Assembly: GCA_964577685.1 (NCBI GenBank)
Contig: CAZNZT010000005.1
Location: 4,185 to 68,184 of the forward strand
Source: an uncultured Methanosarcinales archaeon
Lineage (GTDB): Archaea > Nanobdellota > Nanobdellia > Woesearchaeales > JACPBV01
DNA length: 64,000 nucleotides
Direction of reading: 5' to 3'
Positions 9,244-19,805 of this stretch are shown here, piece by piece. A model generated the notes under the pieces. It was not told where the DNA came from. It worked only from the letters and a program-made list of their open reading frames with translations, and did not search any database. How positions within the stretch are numbered: position 1 is the stretch's first letter; every line of letters begins with the position of its first letter. The translations under genes and the position numbers were made by a program.

Positions 9244-9924
9244 TTAAGGATGATTCTTCTTATAAATAATGATATTCCCTCTTCCTTTCTTAATCTTTTT
9301 AACTAAACCTTTGGTCTCTAATTCGGATATAATTAAAGAGACCTTTGCTTCAGACAAAGGCAATTGTTTTCTTATCTCTTTCTGAGTGATTCTTTTATTA
9401 TCTTTTATTATCTTTAATACTGTCCTAAGGTACTCATCGGACTGTTCTATCTTTTTGGTTTTTCTTTTGATAAAAAAATAGCCCACAATTATCAAGATCA
9501 CTAGGAAAGTAATAAAAGTAATAATAATATTGAGGATTAAACCAAAATTTGACTCTTCCTTGAAATAATCCTCATCTATTTCAAATTTTGCCTCCTCAAT
9601 GATATCAGATTCTATGGAGGGAAAAAGGACAAGGTCTAAGACAAAGTCTCCATCCTGTTCTACAGAGATATTTTCAGTTGCAGCAAGTGTGGTTCCTTGA
9701 AGGATTTTTTTCGCTTCTATTTTATAGTCACCTATGGGGACAGTAAAAGAATAAGTTCCATTCTTTGCTATATACTTTTGCCTTGGTTGAGTGTTTATAG
9801 TAACAACTACATTATTTGCTTTGGTCAGGGATAAATCATATATGCTCCCATGTATTGTGGCTCCAAAGACAAAGTTTGTTAATATGACAAATATAAACAA
9901 ATATAGTACAACCTTCATACTCAT
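9244..9924 (-). CDS. Membrane-anchored protein with extracellular beta-domain and cytoplasmic wHTH (COG2512-like regulator)
   Basis: Signal peptide, extracellular domain, TM helix, then ITQKEIRKQLPLSEAKVSLIISELE..G...KKGRGN. Confidence 0.8.
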   Translation of the reverse strand: MSMKVVLYLFIFVILTNFVFGATIHGSIYDLSLTKANNVVVTINTQPRQKYIAKNGTYSFTVPIGDYKIEAKKILQGTTLAATENISVEQDGDFVLDLVLFPSIESDIIEEAKFEIDEDYFKEESNFGLILNIIITFITFLVILIIVGYFFIKRKTKKIEQSDEYLRTVLKIIKDNKRITQKEIRKQLPLSEAKVSLIISELETKGLVKKIKKGRGNIIIYKKNHP

Positions 9925-10155
9925 TAATTTTAGTAATCTTATATAAAAAGTTTATTTTTTTAAAACATACCGAGAGAGGGGTTTATAAAGTATAAAACAA
10001 GCAAAATGACTCTTATAAAGGGTTAGAAAGCATAATAAAGCTTTAATTTTTTCGTAAAAAAAGTTTATTTATAAATAAGAAGTGTCTAAAAGATTATTAA
10101 ATTAAAATTTCAAAATTAAAAATAAACAATATAAATAACAGGAGGTGAAATAACA

Positions 10156-11670
10156 ATGAAAGGTATTACTAGCTTGATTGTGATTTGTTTATTCTTAACA
10201 AGTTTTGTTTATGCTGAAGAAATAGTTAGTTCTGTACCAGAAAAACCAATTCTTAAAAGTACCAATAGTGGAGAAGAAGCAAAGCCTATTATTAGAAATG
10301 TTGAAAAAGAAAATATAAAGAAAGGAGTAGGATCAATAGAAGAAAAGAAAGGGCCAATAAAGGCAATAATTTCTAGGAGGAACAAAGGAATCACCAGTCT
10401 AGGGAAGATAGATAATTGTATTACTAGATTGGTTGAAAAGGAGGGTATAAAAAAAGAGGAAGCATATAGAAGGTGCAGGTATAGGATTCTTAGAGCAAAA
10501 CCAATCAAAGAAAGGATAAGAGTTGTAAGGAAAGTTGATAATTTTCTTGATATCAAAAAAGGAGAGATAGAAGAAAAAATTAAGGAATGCAAAGATGAAG
10601 AATGTAAGAAAAAACTGGAGGATAGACTCGGGAAAATTGAGAAATTGGATAAAAAATTAGGACCTATTTTTAATAGGATAGAAGAAAAAAGACTAGAAAA
10701 ATTAAATGAGATTAAAGAACTAAAAGAAAAAGAAGGGTTTTCAAAGTTTAGGGGAACTCTAAATTTAAAAGCAAGAGCTATTAATAATATCATGTTAGAA
10801 AAGGCAAAAAAGAATTTTATTGAAGCAAAGAAAAGGTTTGAAAGAGCGAAGACAAGATATCTAGACGCTAGAAAAAGATTCTTAGAAAAAAAGAAGTTAA
10901 TAGGAGCATGCAAGGATAATGAATCTGATGAATGTAAAAAAGCAAAAGAAGAGATTATAGAAGACTCTAAAGAGTATTTAATCGGAATCGCTGACCAGAT
11001 GATTGAGTATATAAACAAGATAGAGGCCAAGGTTGAGTCTAATGATGATTTGTCAGAGGAAGAAGTTAATCAAATTATTGAAAACCTAGACGAATGGGCT
11101 AAGGAAGTTGAGGAGCTAAAAGTTAAAATAGAGGGCGCCGAGGACAAAGAGGACATAAAAGAGGCAGCAAAAAAACTAAGTGAATACTGGAAAAGAATAA
11201 AATATAGACTAGAAATAAAGGCAGCTAGGATTGTAAATGCGAGAATAGGGGGCATAATAATAAGGTCAAAATATTTAGAGATTAAATTAAACAGAATACT
11301 AGACAGACTAGCCGAAGATGGAGTAGATATATCAGAGATAGAAACACTAGTAGACAAATTCAATGCCAAGATAGAAGAGGCAAAGAAATTATATGAAAAG
11401 GCACGGAAAAGTTTCAAAGAGGCTGCTTTATTAAAGAGGGAAGCGGGTGAGAAAACAGAGGAAGAAATAGAAAAAATAAAAGAGTTGTCTTCTGCAGGAC
11501 ATGAAGCTATGAAGGGAGCACAAAGGGCTTTAAATGAAGCACAGAAAACATTAAGAGATATTATAATCAAAATAAAGAATATAGGAAGAGAGGATGTACT
11601 AGAGAAAACATCAATTGGCACAGGAGAGATAGAAAAGGAAATCTCTAGAGAGGAAGAGACGACAGAATAA
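10156..11670 (+). CDS. Secreted alpha-helical coiled-coil protein
   Basis: SD GGAGGTGA at 10141; signal peptide; K/E-rich helices with paired Cys. Confidence 0.75.
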   Translation: MKGITSLIVICLFLTSFVYAEEIVSSVPEKPILKSTNSGEEAKPIIRNVEKENIKKGVGSIEEKKGPIKAIISRRNKGITSLGKIDNCITRLVEKEGIKKEEAYRRCRYRILRAKPIKERIRVVRKVDNFLDIKKGEIEEKIKECKDEECKKKLEDRLGKIEKLDKKLGPIFNRIEEKRLEKLNEIKELKEKEGFSKFRGTLNLKARAINNIMLEKAKKNFIEAKKRFERAKTRYLDARKRFLEKKKLIGACKDNESDECKKAKEEIIEDSKEYLIGIADQMIEYINKIEAKVESNDDLSEEEVNQIIENLDEWAKEVEELKVKIEGAEDKEDIKEAAKKLSEYWKRIKYRLEIKAARIVNARIGGIIIRSKYLEIKLNRILDRLAEDGVDISEIETLVDKFNAKIEEAKKLYEKARKSFKEAALLKREAGEKTEEEIEKIKELSSAGHEAMKGAQRALNEAQKTLRDIIIKIKNIGREDVLEKTSIGTGEIEKEISREEETTE

Positions 11671-11734
11671 CCTACCTTGTTTTGTTTTTGTTTTCATAGA
11701 AAAATTTAAATAATTTTAATCAAAAGAGAGAAAA

Positions 11735-11965
11735 ATGATGAAAAAAGAGGTTTTTTTGAGTTTAATATTAGGTTTTTTATTGATAATGTTTTTGTTTGGG
11801 TGTAAGAAAGCTAGTGTAGAAAGGGAAAAGCAGATAGAATCAGAAGAAGAGAAGACCAAACTAGGTGTAGAAGAAGAGATTAGTGATGTTAGCAATGTTG
11901 AAAAAGAGTTAGATTTAGGAGAGCTAGAGAATATTGATAAAGAGCTTGAAGAAATAAATTGGTAA
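11735..11965 (+). CDS. Small acidic lipoprotein
   Basis: Lipobox-like FLFGC after a hydrophobic stretch. Confidence 0.6.
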   Translation: MMKKEVFLSLILGFLLIMFLFGCKKASVEREKQIESEEEKTKLGVEEEISDVSNVEKELDLGELENIDKELEEINW

Positions 11966-11996
11966 TATTTATATAACAAAAAATTATCTTCTTTTT

Positions 11997-13085
11997 ATGA
12001 TAGAAATAGATGGTTCATTCTTAGAAGGTGGAGGGCAGATAGTAAGGACAGCCTTAGCTATCTCTACTGTTATTCAAAAGCCATTTTGTGTTTTTAATAT
12101 AAGGAAAGGAAGGCCTAAATCAGGTTTAAAAAATCAACATCTCTATTGCATTAAGGCTTTAGAGAAGCTATGTAATGCAAAGACAGAAGGAGCAGAGCTT
12201 GGTTCTATGAAACTGAAATATGTTCCAGGAAAGATTAAAGGTCAAACTATTTCTATTGATATTGGTACTGCTGGTTCTGTAACCTTATTGTTACAATCGT
12301 TGCTCTTACCAGCTTTTTTTTCTAATTCAAAGGTTAGATTTAAGATTAGCGGAGGGACAGATGTTCAATGGAGCCCACAGTTTGACTATTTTGCGAATGT
12401 GGTCATTCCTCAATTACAAAGATTTAGTGAGATGATAGAAATATCTCTAGTAAAGAGGGGCTATTATCCAAAAGGTGGTGGTAAGGTAGATATAAAAATC
12501 AAACCAAAATTTAGTTTAGAAAAAATAAAAGAAGCACCTCAGATTAATCTTATAGAACAATATAATTTAATTCAAATAAAAGGAATCTCCCATGCAAGTC
12601 TAGATTTACAAAAAGCACAAGTAGCTGAAAGACAAGCAAGATCAGCAAGAATTGCTTTAGGTAGATTCAATTGTCCGATTAATATTAGAACTGAATACCG
12701 TGAAACCCTATCAACTGGAAGTGGAATTACTCTTTGGGCTATATTCTCAAAGGACCTAGATGAGATAGACATTTTTAATCCAATAAGGATTGGTGCTGAT
12801 GCCTTAGGTGAGAGAGGTAAAAGGGCCGAGGATGTCGGAAAAGAGGCAGCAGATAAACTGATTCAGGAAATCAATTCTAAAGCTCCTGTTGATTCCCATT
12901 TGGCCGATAACCTAATACCCTTTTTGGCTTTATTTGGGGGTAGAATAAAGGTAAGCAAAATAACGCCCCATACATTAACAAATATTTATACATGTGAACA
13001 ATTTCTAGGTAAGATTTTTGAACTTGACGAGGATAAAAAAATAATAAGACAACTATATTTTAAACACCAAAACTTTTTTAAATAG
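11997..13085 (+). CDS. rtcA: RNA 3'-terminal phosphate cyclase
   Basis: IDGSFLEGGGQIVR, GGTDV, RGYYPKGGG, DSHLADNL and H-T-x-TN motifs. Confidence 0.95.
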   Translation: MIEIDGSFLEGGGQIVRTALAISTVIQKPFCVFNIRKGRPKSGLKNQHLYCIKALEKLCNAKTEGAELGSMKLKYVPGKIKGQTISIDIGTAGSVTLLLQSLLLPAFFSNSKVRFKISGGTDVQWSPQFDYFANVVIPQLQRFSEMIEISLVKRGYYPKGGGKVDIKIKPKFSLEKIKEAPQINLIEQYNLIQIKGISHASLDLQKAQVAERQARSARIALGRFNCPINIRTEYRETLSTGSGITLWAIFSKDLDEIDIFNPIRIGADALGERGKRAEDVGKEAADKLIQEINSKAPVDSHLADNLIPFLALFGGRIKVSKITPHTLTNIYTCEQFLGKIFELDEDKKIIRQLYFKHQNFFK

Positions 13086-13134
13086 TTTTGTTTTCTTTGT
13101 TTTAATGATTCAAATAGGGTTATGAGGTGTAAAA

Positions 13135-13635
13135 ATGAAAACAATAGATGAATTAAAGAATGAGCAAGGACAGCTTGATTCAAATGCTATAAAATATATA
13201 ATACCATATGACACGCCATTCCTTATGATAGACAAGGTATTGAGTTTAGATAAGACAAAGATAGTTGCGATAAAGAACACATCCGCGAATGAATATTACT
13301 TTAAGGGGCATTTTGCAGGTTTTCCTATTATGCCTGGTGCTTTGATAGTGGAAGGAATGGGTCAAGCAGCAACATTGCTTGTAAGATATAACATAGAAAA
13401 TCACTGGGAAAAAGAGGTACTGGCATACAGGATAAAAGATGCTAAATTCTCGGCTCCAACATTCCCTGGAGATACAATAAAATATGAGATAACACTTCTT
13501 GGTAAGGATGACAGGGGTGCTTTACTTTCTGGGAAGGCCATAGTTAATGAAAAAGTTGTGGCAGAGGCAACAATGATGTTGGCGGTAGTTGATAGGCGGG
13601 AGTTTAGAATAAAAGCATCTCCTGTTTATAAGTGA
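13135..13635 (+). CDS. fabZ: FabZ-like (R)-3-hydroxyacyl dehydratase (hot-dog fold)
   Basis: PFLMID; YFKGHF..FPIMPGALIVEGMGQ with catalytic His and Glu intact; FPGD. Confidence 0.9.
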   Translation: MKTIDELKNEQGQLDSNAIKYIIPYDTPFLMIDKVLSLDKTKIVAIKNTSANEYYFKGHFAGFPIMPGALIVEGMGQAATLLVRYNIENHWEKEVLAYRIKDAKFSAPTFPGDTIKYEITLLGKDDRGALLSGKAIVNEKVVAEATMMLAVVDRREFRIKASPVYK

Positions 13636-13641
13636 TTAATC

Positions 13642-14772
13642 ATGAAGAGGTATGTAAAGGGCGTTGGTATGACTAAATTCAGTGTAGAATCAAGAACTAC
13701 ACAAGACATGGCTATTGAAGCCATAAGTCTTGCTTTAGATGATTCTAACCTTAACATAAATGATATTGAAGCTGTTGTTGTTTCAACAGTCGACACAAAA
13801 GTAAATACTGAAAGGCAGAGACATTATCCTGCTGTTCTTTCAAGTCTGCTAAAGAGAAAGATGCCTATTATCAGGGTTCCAGCTGTTTGTGGTGGGGGTG
13901 GTGCTGCATTTTGGACAGCATTAAGACTAAAATACAATAATATCCTTGTTATAGGTGTTGATAATGTGTTAGCAGGGCCTACACCAATAATCACAAAAGA
14001 GATTATGAACGCTGGAGAAAATCTCTGGGAACAAGAAGAGGGGCTTAATTTTCCTGGACAAAATGCACTAGTTGCTCAGCAACATATGTTAAAATACGGA
14101 ACTACGCATGATGACTTGGCTTTAATATCCTATAAAAACCACCTTCATGGTAGCATGAATCCTAAAGCAAGATTTTATGGTAAAAAGGTAACTCTAGAAG
14201 AAATAAAGAAGGCACCAATCATAGCTTCACCATTCAATTTATATGATTGTTCAATATCTGTAAATGGGGCTGCAGCTGTTGTAGTATCAAGGGATAAAAC
14301 AGACATTAAGGTTATAGGGTCTGCCCTAGCTACGGATTATTTACCTCCATTTGAGAGGCCTGATATAACCACATGGCAATCAAGCGTAGAAGCTGGAAAA
14401 AAGGCATTTAAGGAAGCAGGAGTAGAACCAAGCGATATAGATGTGGCAGAAATCCATGATGCGTTTACAATTGTTGAACTTATATCATATGAAGACCTTG
14501 GATTTTGTAAGAAAGGAGAAGGCGGAAAACTGGTAAGAGATGGTTATGTAAACCTTGATGGAAAAATGCCTGTAAATACATCTGGGGGATTAAAGGCAAG
14601 AGGCCACCCCATATCTCCTACTGGAGTTGCCCAAATTGTTGAGATTGTTGACCAGTTAAGGGACAGATGTGGTGACCGTCAAGTTAATAATCCAAAAATA
14701 GGTTTAACCCAAAATATAGGTGGGGCTGGAGGTACAGCAACTGTTCATATTTTTAGAAAAATAGCGGGATGA
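13642..14772 (+). CDS. Thiolase (archaeal/SCP2-type), paralog 1
   Basis: VPAVCGGG (Cys), EIHDAF, NTSGGLKARGHP and NIGGAGG motifs. Confidence 0.9.
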   Translation: MKRYVKGVGMTKFSVESRTTQDMAIEAISLALDDSNLNINDIEAVVVSTVDTKVNTERQRHYPAVLSSLLKRKMPIIRVPAVCGGGGAAFWTALRLKYNNILVIGVDNVLAGPTPIITKEIMNAGENLWEQEEGLNFPGQNALVAQQHMLKYGTTHDDLALISYKNHLHGSMNPKARFYGKKVTLEEIKKAPIIASPFNLYDCSISVNGAAAVVVSRDKTDIKVIGSALATDYLPPFERPDITTWQSSVEAGKKAFKEAGVEPSDIDVAEIHDAFTIVELISYEDLGFCKKGEGGKLVRDGYVNLDGKMPVNTSGGLKARGHPISPTGVAQIVEIVDQLRDRCGDRQVNNPKIGLTQNIGGAGGTATVHIFRKIAG

Positions 14773-15908
14773 TAAAGATGGCAAAGATAATAAGGTGGAT
14801 ATGCGAGAAATGTAATAAGAAATGGATTTATCCAATAAGTAGGTGTCTATATTGCAATGGGGAAATAAAAAAGCAGATAGGTATGAAAATAAAGGTTATA
14901 GGATTCACAAGGATTCACATTCCGTGCCCTCCACATCCAATAGTACCCTACAATGTTCTTCTTCTGGAAGATGAATATGGGAATAGAATGCCAAAAAAAA
15001 CAATAAAGGATTACAATATAGGGGATACATACGAAGATATTCCATCTAAGGAAGAAAATGCAATAGCAATAACAAAGATAAAATATGATGTTTATGAAGC
15101 TGTTAAAGAAGCATTAGAGCTGATAGGGGATATTGAAGTAGATAGGACAAACAAAATACTTATTAAACCAAATTTGAGTATTCCTGGGTATCCATATCTT
15201 GGTATTGGAACGCATCCAGAAGTAATGAGGGGTTTATTGCGATACTTAATTGAAAGAGGAGCTAATCCAAAGAATATAACAATAGCTGAGCAAAGCTTCT
15301 TCTTTCCATTTGATAAGGCTATTGCAAAATCAAGAATCAATCAAATAGTAAAGGAGTTTGGTGTCAACCTGGTTGATTTAAGTAAAACAGAGTTCATAGA
15401 GAAAAAAGAGAGGGAATTTGTATTTAGGGTGTCTAAGATAGTTTATGATTTTGATTTGATTTTTAATGTGCCTGTTATTAAAACAGATATGTTGCTTGGT
15501 ATAGACGGGGCGTTTGAAAATCTAACGAGATTTTTATCTAAGGAAAACTTTAATGAGTTTGTAAGGGATATTAAAAAAGCTATAGGTGCTCTTGCTGTTT
15601 TACCTAACATATTACCAAGGTTTATCACGATAGGGGATGGAACCATAGGTATGCAGGGTAATGGTCCAGCAGAACATGGTGAGCCAGGATTCTATAATAT
15701 GATATTTGCAGCGAGAAATCCAGTTGTACATGATAAAATTGTACAGGAGGTATTATGTTTAAGAAGACTACCTTATGTTGAGTTAGCAGGAAAACTTGGT
15801 ATTGGTGAATATGAAGTATCAAAGATAAAAGTTATTGGAAATGAGTTAGATGCTGTTAGGAGGGATATAAAACAACCAATAGGCTCAAAGCTAATTAAAA
15901 AGGACTAA
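14769..15908 (+). CDS. DUF35 (Zn-ribbon/OB-fold) - DUF362 fusion protein
   Basis: CEKC..YP...CLYC plus OB-fold (PIVPYNVLLLE), then IKPNL, GTHPEV and DG..GMQGNGP of DUF362. Confidence 0.75.
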   Translation: MIKMAKIIRWICEKCNKKWIYPISRCLYCNGEIKKQIGMKIKVIGFTRIHIPCPPHPIVPYNVLLLEDEYGNRMPKKTIKDYNIGDTYEDIPSKEENAIAITKIKYDVYEAVKEALELIGDIEVDRTNKILIKPNLSIPGYPYLGIGTHPEVMRGLLRYLIERGANPKNITIAEQSFFFPFDKAIAKSRINQIVKEFGVNLVDLSKTEFIEKKEREFVFRVSKIVYDFDLIFNVPVIKTDMLLGIDGAFENLTRFLSKENFNEFVRDIKKAIGALAVLPNILPRFITIGDGTIGMQGNGPAEHGEPGFYNMIFAARNPVVHDKIVQEVLCLRRLPYVELAGKLGIGEYEVSKIKVIGNELDAVRRDIKQPIGSKLIKKD

Positions 15909-15909
15909 G

Positions 15910-17037
15910 ATGTACATAAAAGGAGTTGGTATGACCAAATTTGGTATTTCTGGCAAGTTCTCACAGATGTTAGCATATGAAGCTACATTAGAAGCATTAA
16001 ATGATGCGGATATTAACTTTAAGGATATAGATGCTGTTGTTTGCTCTAGTTTAGAGTGGTTCTTCTCAATAGAAAAACAGAGGCACTTTGCAGCTTTGTT
16101 GGCTTCTGTTTTCAAAACCCATAAGCCAATAATTCGAGTGCCTGCTGCCTGTGCTGGTGGTGGCGCTGCCTTATGGGTAGCACAACAATTAGGTTACGAC
16201 AATGTATTAGTTGTTGGAGTAGAAAAACTGATGACATGCAAATCGGAAAGTATAACAGATGAATTTATGATGGCTGCTGAGAGCAAATGGGAGCAAGTAG
16301 AGGGGCTTAATTTTCCTGGGCAAAACGCACTAGTTGCTCAACAATATTTGGAAAAATATAAAAAAACGACTACAGAACATTTGGCTTTAATCTCTTTTAA
16401 GAATCACTCAAACGCATTACTAAATCCAAAAGCGAGATTTTATGGTAGAAAGGTAACTCTAGAAGAAATAAAAAATTCTCCAATAATATGTTCCCCGTTA
16501 AGACTCTATGATTGTTCAATATCTGTTGATGGAGCAGCTGCATGTGTTGTTACAAATGAAAAAACAGATATCAAAATAATTGGTTCTGATTTATGTGCTG
16601 AATACCTACCAACATGGGAAAGGGAAGATAGCCTTAGATGGGAGGGAACAATTATTAGCTCCAAAAATGCGTTCAACCAAGCAGGAGTAGAACCAAGTGA
16701 TATAGATGTGGCAGAAATCCATGATGCGTTTACAATTGTTGAGCTGATAGCTTATGAAGACCTTGGATTCTGTAAGAAGGGAGAGGCTTATAAAAAAATT
16801 GAAGAGGGTTATTTTAATCTTGATGGAAAGATGCCTGTAAATACATCTGGGGGATTAAAAGCAAAGGGACATCCTGTCTCTGCAACCGGATTAGCCCAGA
16901 TATATGAAATAGTAAAACAGCTTAGGGGGGAGGCTAAGGATAGGCAGGTTTCAAAAGCGAAGATAGGGCTAGCCCATAATATCGGTGGGGCAGGAGGAAC
17001 TGTTACTTGTCATATCCTAAAGAAAATCTGTGGTTAA
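15910..17037 (+). CDS. Thiolase (archaeal/SCP2-type), paralog 2
   Basis: VPAACAGG, EIHDAF, GGLKAKGHP and HNIGGAGG motifs. Confidence 0.9.
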   Translation: MYIKGVGMTKFGISGKFSQMLAYEATLEALNDADINFKDIDAVVCSSLEWFFSIEKQRHFAALLASVFKTHKPIIRVPAACAGGGAALWVAQQLGYDNVLVVGVEKLMTCKSESITDEFMMAAESKWEQVEGLNFPGQNALVAQQYLEKYKKTTTEHLALISFKNHSNALLNPKARFYGRKVTLEEIKNSPIICSPLRLYDCSISVDGAAACVVTNEKTDIKIIGSDLCAEYLPTWEREDSLRWEGTIISSKNAFNQAGVEPSDIDVAEIHDAFTIVELIAYEDLGFCKKGEAYKKIEEGYFNLDGKMPVNTSGGLKAKGHPVSATGLAQIYEIVKQLRGEAKDRQVSKAKIGLAHNIGGAGGTVTCHILKKICG

Positions 17038-17046
17038 AAATTAAAG

Positions 17047-17796
17047 GTGATAAAAATGGGTTTAAAAGGAAAAAATGCTTTAATAACAGGTTCTGCAAGG
17101 GGATTGGGAAAAGAAATGGCTCTAACATTAGCAAAGGAAGGTTGTAATATAATAGTTAATGACTTGGAAGATATGAAAGAAGAAGCGATAAAAACAGTGG
17201 AAGAGATAAAAAAACTAGGTGTAGAGTCTGATTTTGTTCCTGCAGATGTATCTGATTTTGAGAGTTGTAAAAAGATGGCTGAAACAGTAAAGCAAAAATT
17301 TGAAAAAGTTGACATACTGATAAACAATGCAGGCATAACGAAAGACAGAACATTAAAAAAGATGGTCCCGGATGAATGGTACCCAGTGATTAATGTAAAT
17401 CTAAATAGCCTATACAATGTAACCCATAATATATTGGAACTAATACCAGAAGGAGGGAGAATAATCAATATAAGTTCGGTAGCAGGTATAGCAGGAAATT
17501 TTGGACAAACGAATTATGCAGCAACAAAAGCGGGGGTGATTGGATTTACAAAATCGTTAGCAAAAGAAGTAGGCAAAAAAAAGATTACTGTCAATGCTGT
17601 TGCACCTGGTTTTATTAAGTCACCTATGACTGATAAAATACCAGTAGAGTTATTAGCAAATATTATTGAACTAATACCATTGAAAGAAATGGGGCAACCG
17701 GAAGATGTTGCTAATGCTGTAAAGTTTCTTGCTTCAGATGAAGCAAGATACATATCTGGCACTGTATTAAGGGTTGATGGAGGAATTGCTTTGTAA
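17047..17796 (+). CDS. fabG: 3-oxoacyl reductase (FabG/PhaB-like SDR)
   Basis: TGSARGLG, NNAGITKD, GQTNYAATK and VAPGFI motifs. Confidence 0.9.
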   Translation: MIKMGLKGKNALITGSARGLGKEMALTLAKEGCNIIVNDLEDMKEEAIKTVEEIKKLGVESDFVPADVSDFESCKKMAETVKQKFEKVDILINNAGITKDRTLKKMVPDEWYPVINVNLNSLYNVTHNILELIPEGGRIINISSVAGIAGNFGQTNYAATKAGVIGFTKSLAKEVGKKKITVNAVAPGFIKSPMTDKIPVELLANIIELIPLKEMGQPEDVANAVKFLASDEARYISGTVLRVDGGIAL

Positions 17797-17838
17797 CATA
17801 AGAAAGTTAAAGCAATATTTATAAAGCAATTAAAATTT

Positions 17839-19008
17839 GTGATTTTAGGGGATATCATGAATTTTGATTTTACACCAGAACAATTGGCAATAAAAAAAAT
17901 GATTAGAGAATTCGCTGAATCAGAGATAAAACCATACGCGGAAGAGATTGACAAGGAAAAGAAGTTTCCTGAAAAACAATTAAAAAAACTAGCTAAGCTA
18001 GGGATAATGGGAATGACAATCCCAGAGGAATACGGTGGAAGCCAAATAGATTGTGTATCACAAACAATAATAATGGAAGAGTTAAGCAGGGTTTGTAACT
18101 CAACTGCTGTTTCTTTTGGTGCTCACACAAGTTTGGCATGTAACCCAATAACAAACTATGGGACAAAAGAACAAAAGGAGAAATACCTACCATTACTTGC
18201 TTCTGGGAAGTATCTTGGTGCTTTCTCTTTAACAGAGCCAAGTGCTGGTTCTGACGCAGCAAATATACAAACAACGGCTATAAGGGACGGGGATGAATAT
18301 ATCATAAATGGTTCTAAAATATTTATAACAAATGGTGCAAAGGCAGATCTAGTAAATGTTGTTGCAATGACAGACAAAGCAAAAAAACATAATGGGATTT
18401 CTATTTTTATTGTTGAAACAAAGACTCCTGGTTTTGAAGTAGGAAAGATTGAGGATAAGTTAGGACTATGCGGTTCTTGTACAGCAGAACTTGTATTCAA
18501 GGATATGAGAGTTCCAAAAGAAAACTTATTAGGAGGAATAGAGGGGCAGGGTTTCAAACAAACTATGTGGACATTGGACTCTGGTAGAATCGGTATAGGC
18601 GCCCAAGGGGTTGGTATTGCACAAGCTGCTTTTGATGAATCACTAAAATATGTGAAAGAAAGAGAACAATTTGGAAGAAAACTGTTCAAATTCCAAGCCA
18701 TACAATTCATGCTTTCTGACATGGCAATGAAAATAGATGCTGCAAGGTTATTATGCCTAAGAGCAGCAGATATGAAAGAAAAAGGAAAAAGGTATGTTAA
18801 AGAGGCTGCCATGGCAAAGTTGTTTGGTAGTGAGGTAGCAATGGAAGTAACAAGAAAGGCTATACAGATACATGGAGGATACGGATTTACTAAGGATTAT
18901 CCTGTAGAACGATTCTATAGAGATGCAAAAATTACGGAAATATATGAAGGCACATCCGAAATCCAAAGGCTAGTTATAGCTGCAGAACTGTTGGGAAGAG
19001 GTTTCTGA
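17839..19008 (+). CDS. bcd: Acyl-CoA dehydrogenase (butyryl-CoA dehydrogenase-like)
   Basis: [33 protein letters not shown] and [10 protein letters not shown] motifs. Confidence 0.92.
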   Translation: MILGDIMNFDFTPEQLAIKKMIREFAESEIKPYAEEIDKEKKFPEKQLKKLAKLGIMGMTIPEEYGGSQIDCVSQTIIMEELSRVCNSTAVSFGAHTSLACNPITNYGTKEQKEKYLPLLASGKYLGAFSLTEPSAGSDAANIQTTAIRDGDEYIINGSKIFITNGAKADLVNVVAMTDKAKKHNGISIFIVETKTPGFEVGKIEDKLGLCGSCTAELVFKDMRVPKENLLGGIEGQGFKQTMWTLDSGRIGIGAQGVGIAQAAFDESLKYVKEREQFGRKLFKFQAIQFMLSDMAMKIDAARLLCLRAADMKEKGKRYVKEAAMAKLFGSEVAMEVTRKAIQIHGGYGFTKDYPVERFYRDAKITEIYEGTSEIQRLVIAAELLGRGF

Positions 19009-19010
19009 AG

Positions 19011-19805
19011 ATGAGAATAATAGTGTGTATTAAACAAGTTCCAGATACTAATGAAGTTAAAATTGACCCAAAAAAAGGTACGCTAATTAGAGAGGGTATC
19101 CCTACGATTATGAATCCTGAAGATAAACATGCATTGTTGGAAGCAATAGAGATTAAGAATAAAACAAAAGGTAAGGTCATAGCACTCTCAATGGGGCCTC
19201 CACAAGCAGAGGAAGTATTAAGAGAGGCTCTAGCTTTAGGTGCAGATGAAGCAATATTGCTTTGTGATAGAGCTTTTGCTGGTTCTGACACATGGGCTAC
19301 AGCTAATGCTTTGGGAACAGCTATAGAAAAGATAGGCAACTATGATTTGCTGCTGTTTGGCAGACAGGCTATTGATGGTGATACAGCCCAGGTAGGTCCG
19401 CAAACAGCAGAATTTCTTAGTATCCCTCAGATAACTTATGCCAGAAAAATTGAGATTAAAGACAATAGTGTGATAGTAGAAAGGCAAATGGAAGATGGCT
19501 ATGAGATTATAAGAGGTAACTTACCTTGCTTAATAACCTGTACTTCAGATATTAATGAAATAGAATACCCAACATTAAGAGGGATAAAGCAAGCCTACAG
19601 AAATAAAAAAGTAAAGGTATGGAGTGCAGATGATATAAAAGCAAATAAATCAAAAATAGGTTTGCTAAACAGCCCTACAAGGGTAAAAAGAATATTCACA
19701 CCTCAACCAAGGGGTCAAGGTCAACTTCTTAGAGGCCCAACAAAAGAGGTAGTGAAAAAAATTGTTAATCTGCTAAAAGAGAAAGAACTAATACGGGCGT
19801 TTTAG
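19011..19805 (+). CDS. etfB: Electron transfer flavoprotein beta subunit
   Basis: KQVPDT, MNPED, FAGSDTWAT and GRQAIDGDTAQVGP motifs. Confidence 0.95.
   Translation: MRIIVCIKQVPDTNEVKIDPKKGTLIREGIPTIMNPEDKHALLEAIEIKNKTKGKVIALSMGPPQAEEVLREALALGADEAILLCDRAFAGSDTWATANALGTAIEKIGNYDLLLFGRQAIDGDTAQVGPQTAEFLSIPQITYARKIEIKDNSVIVERQMEDGYEIIRGNLPCLITCTSDINEIEYPTLRGIKQAYRNKKVKVWSADDIKANKSKIGLLNSPTRVKRIFTPQPRGQGQLLRGPTKEVVKKIVNLLKEKELIRAF

Noticed and set aside
11997-13085. RtcA, ThpR and EndA as a dedicated RNA-repair system
   Set aside because: The genes are dispersed housekeeping loci with no RtcB or shared operon in the window.
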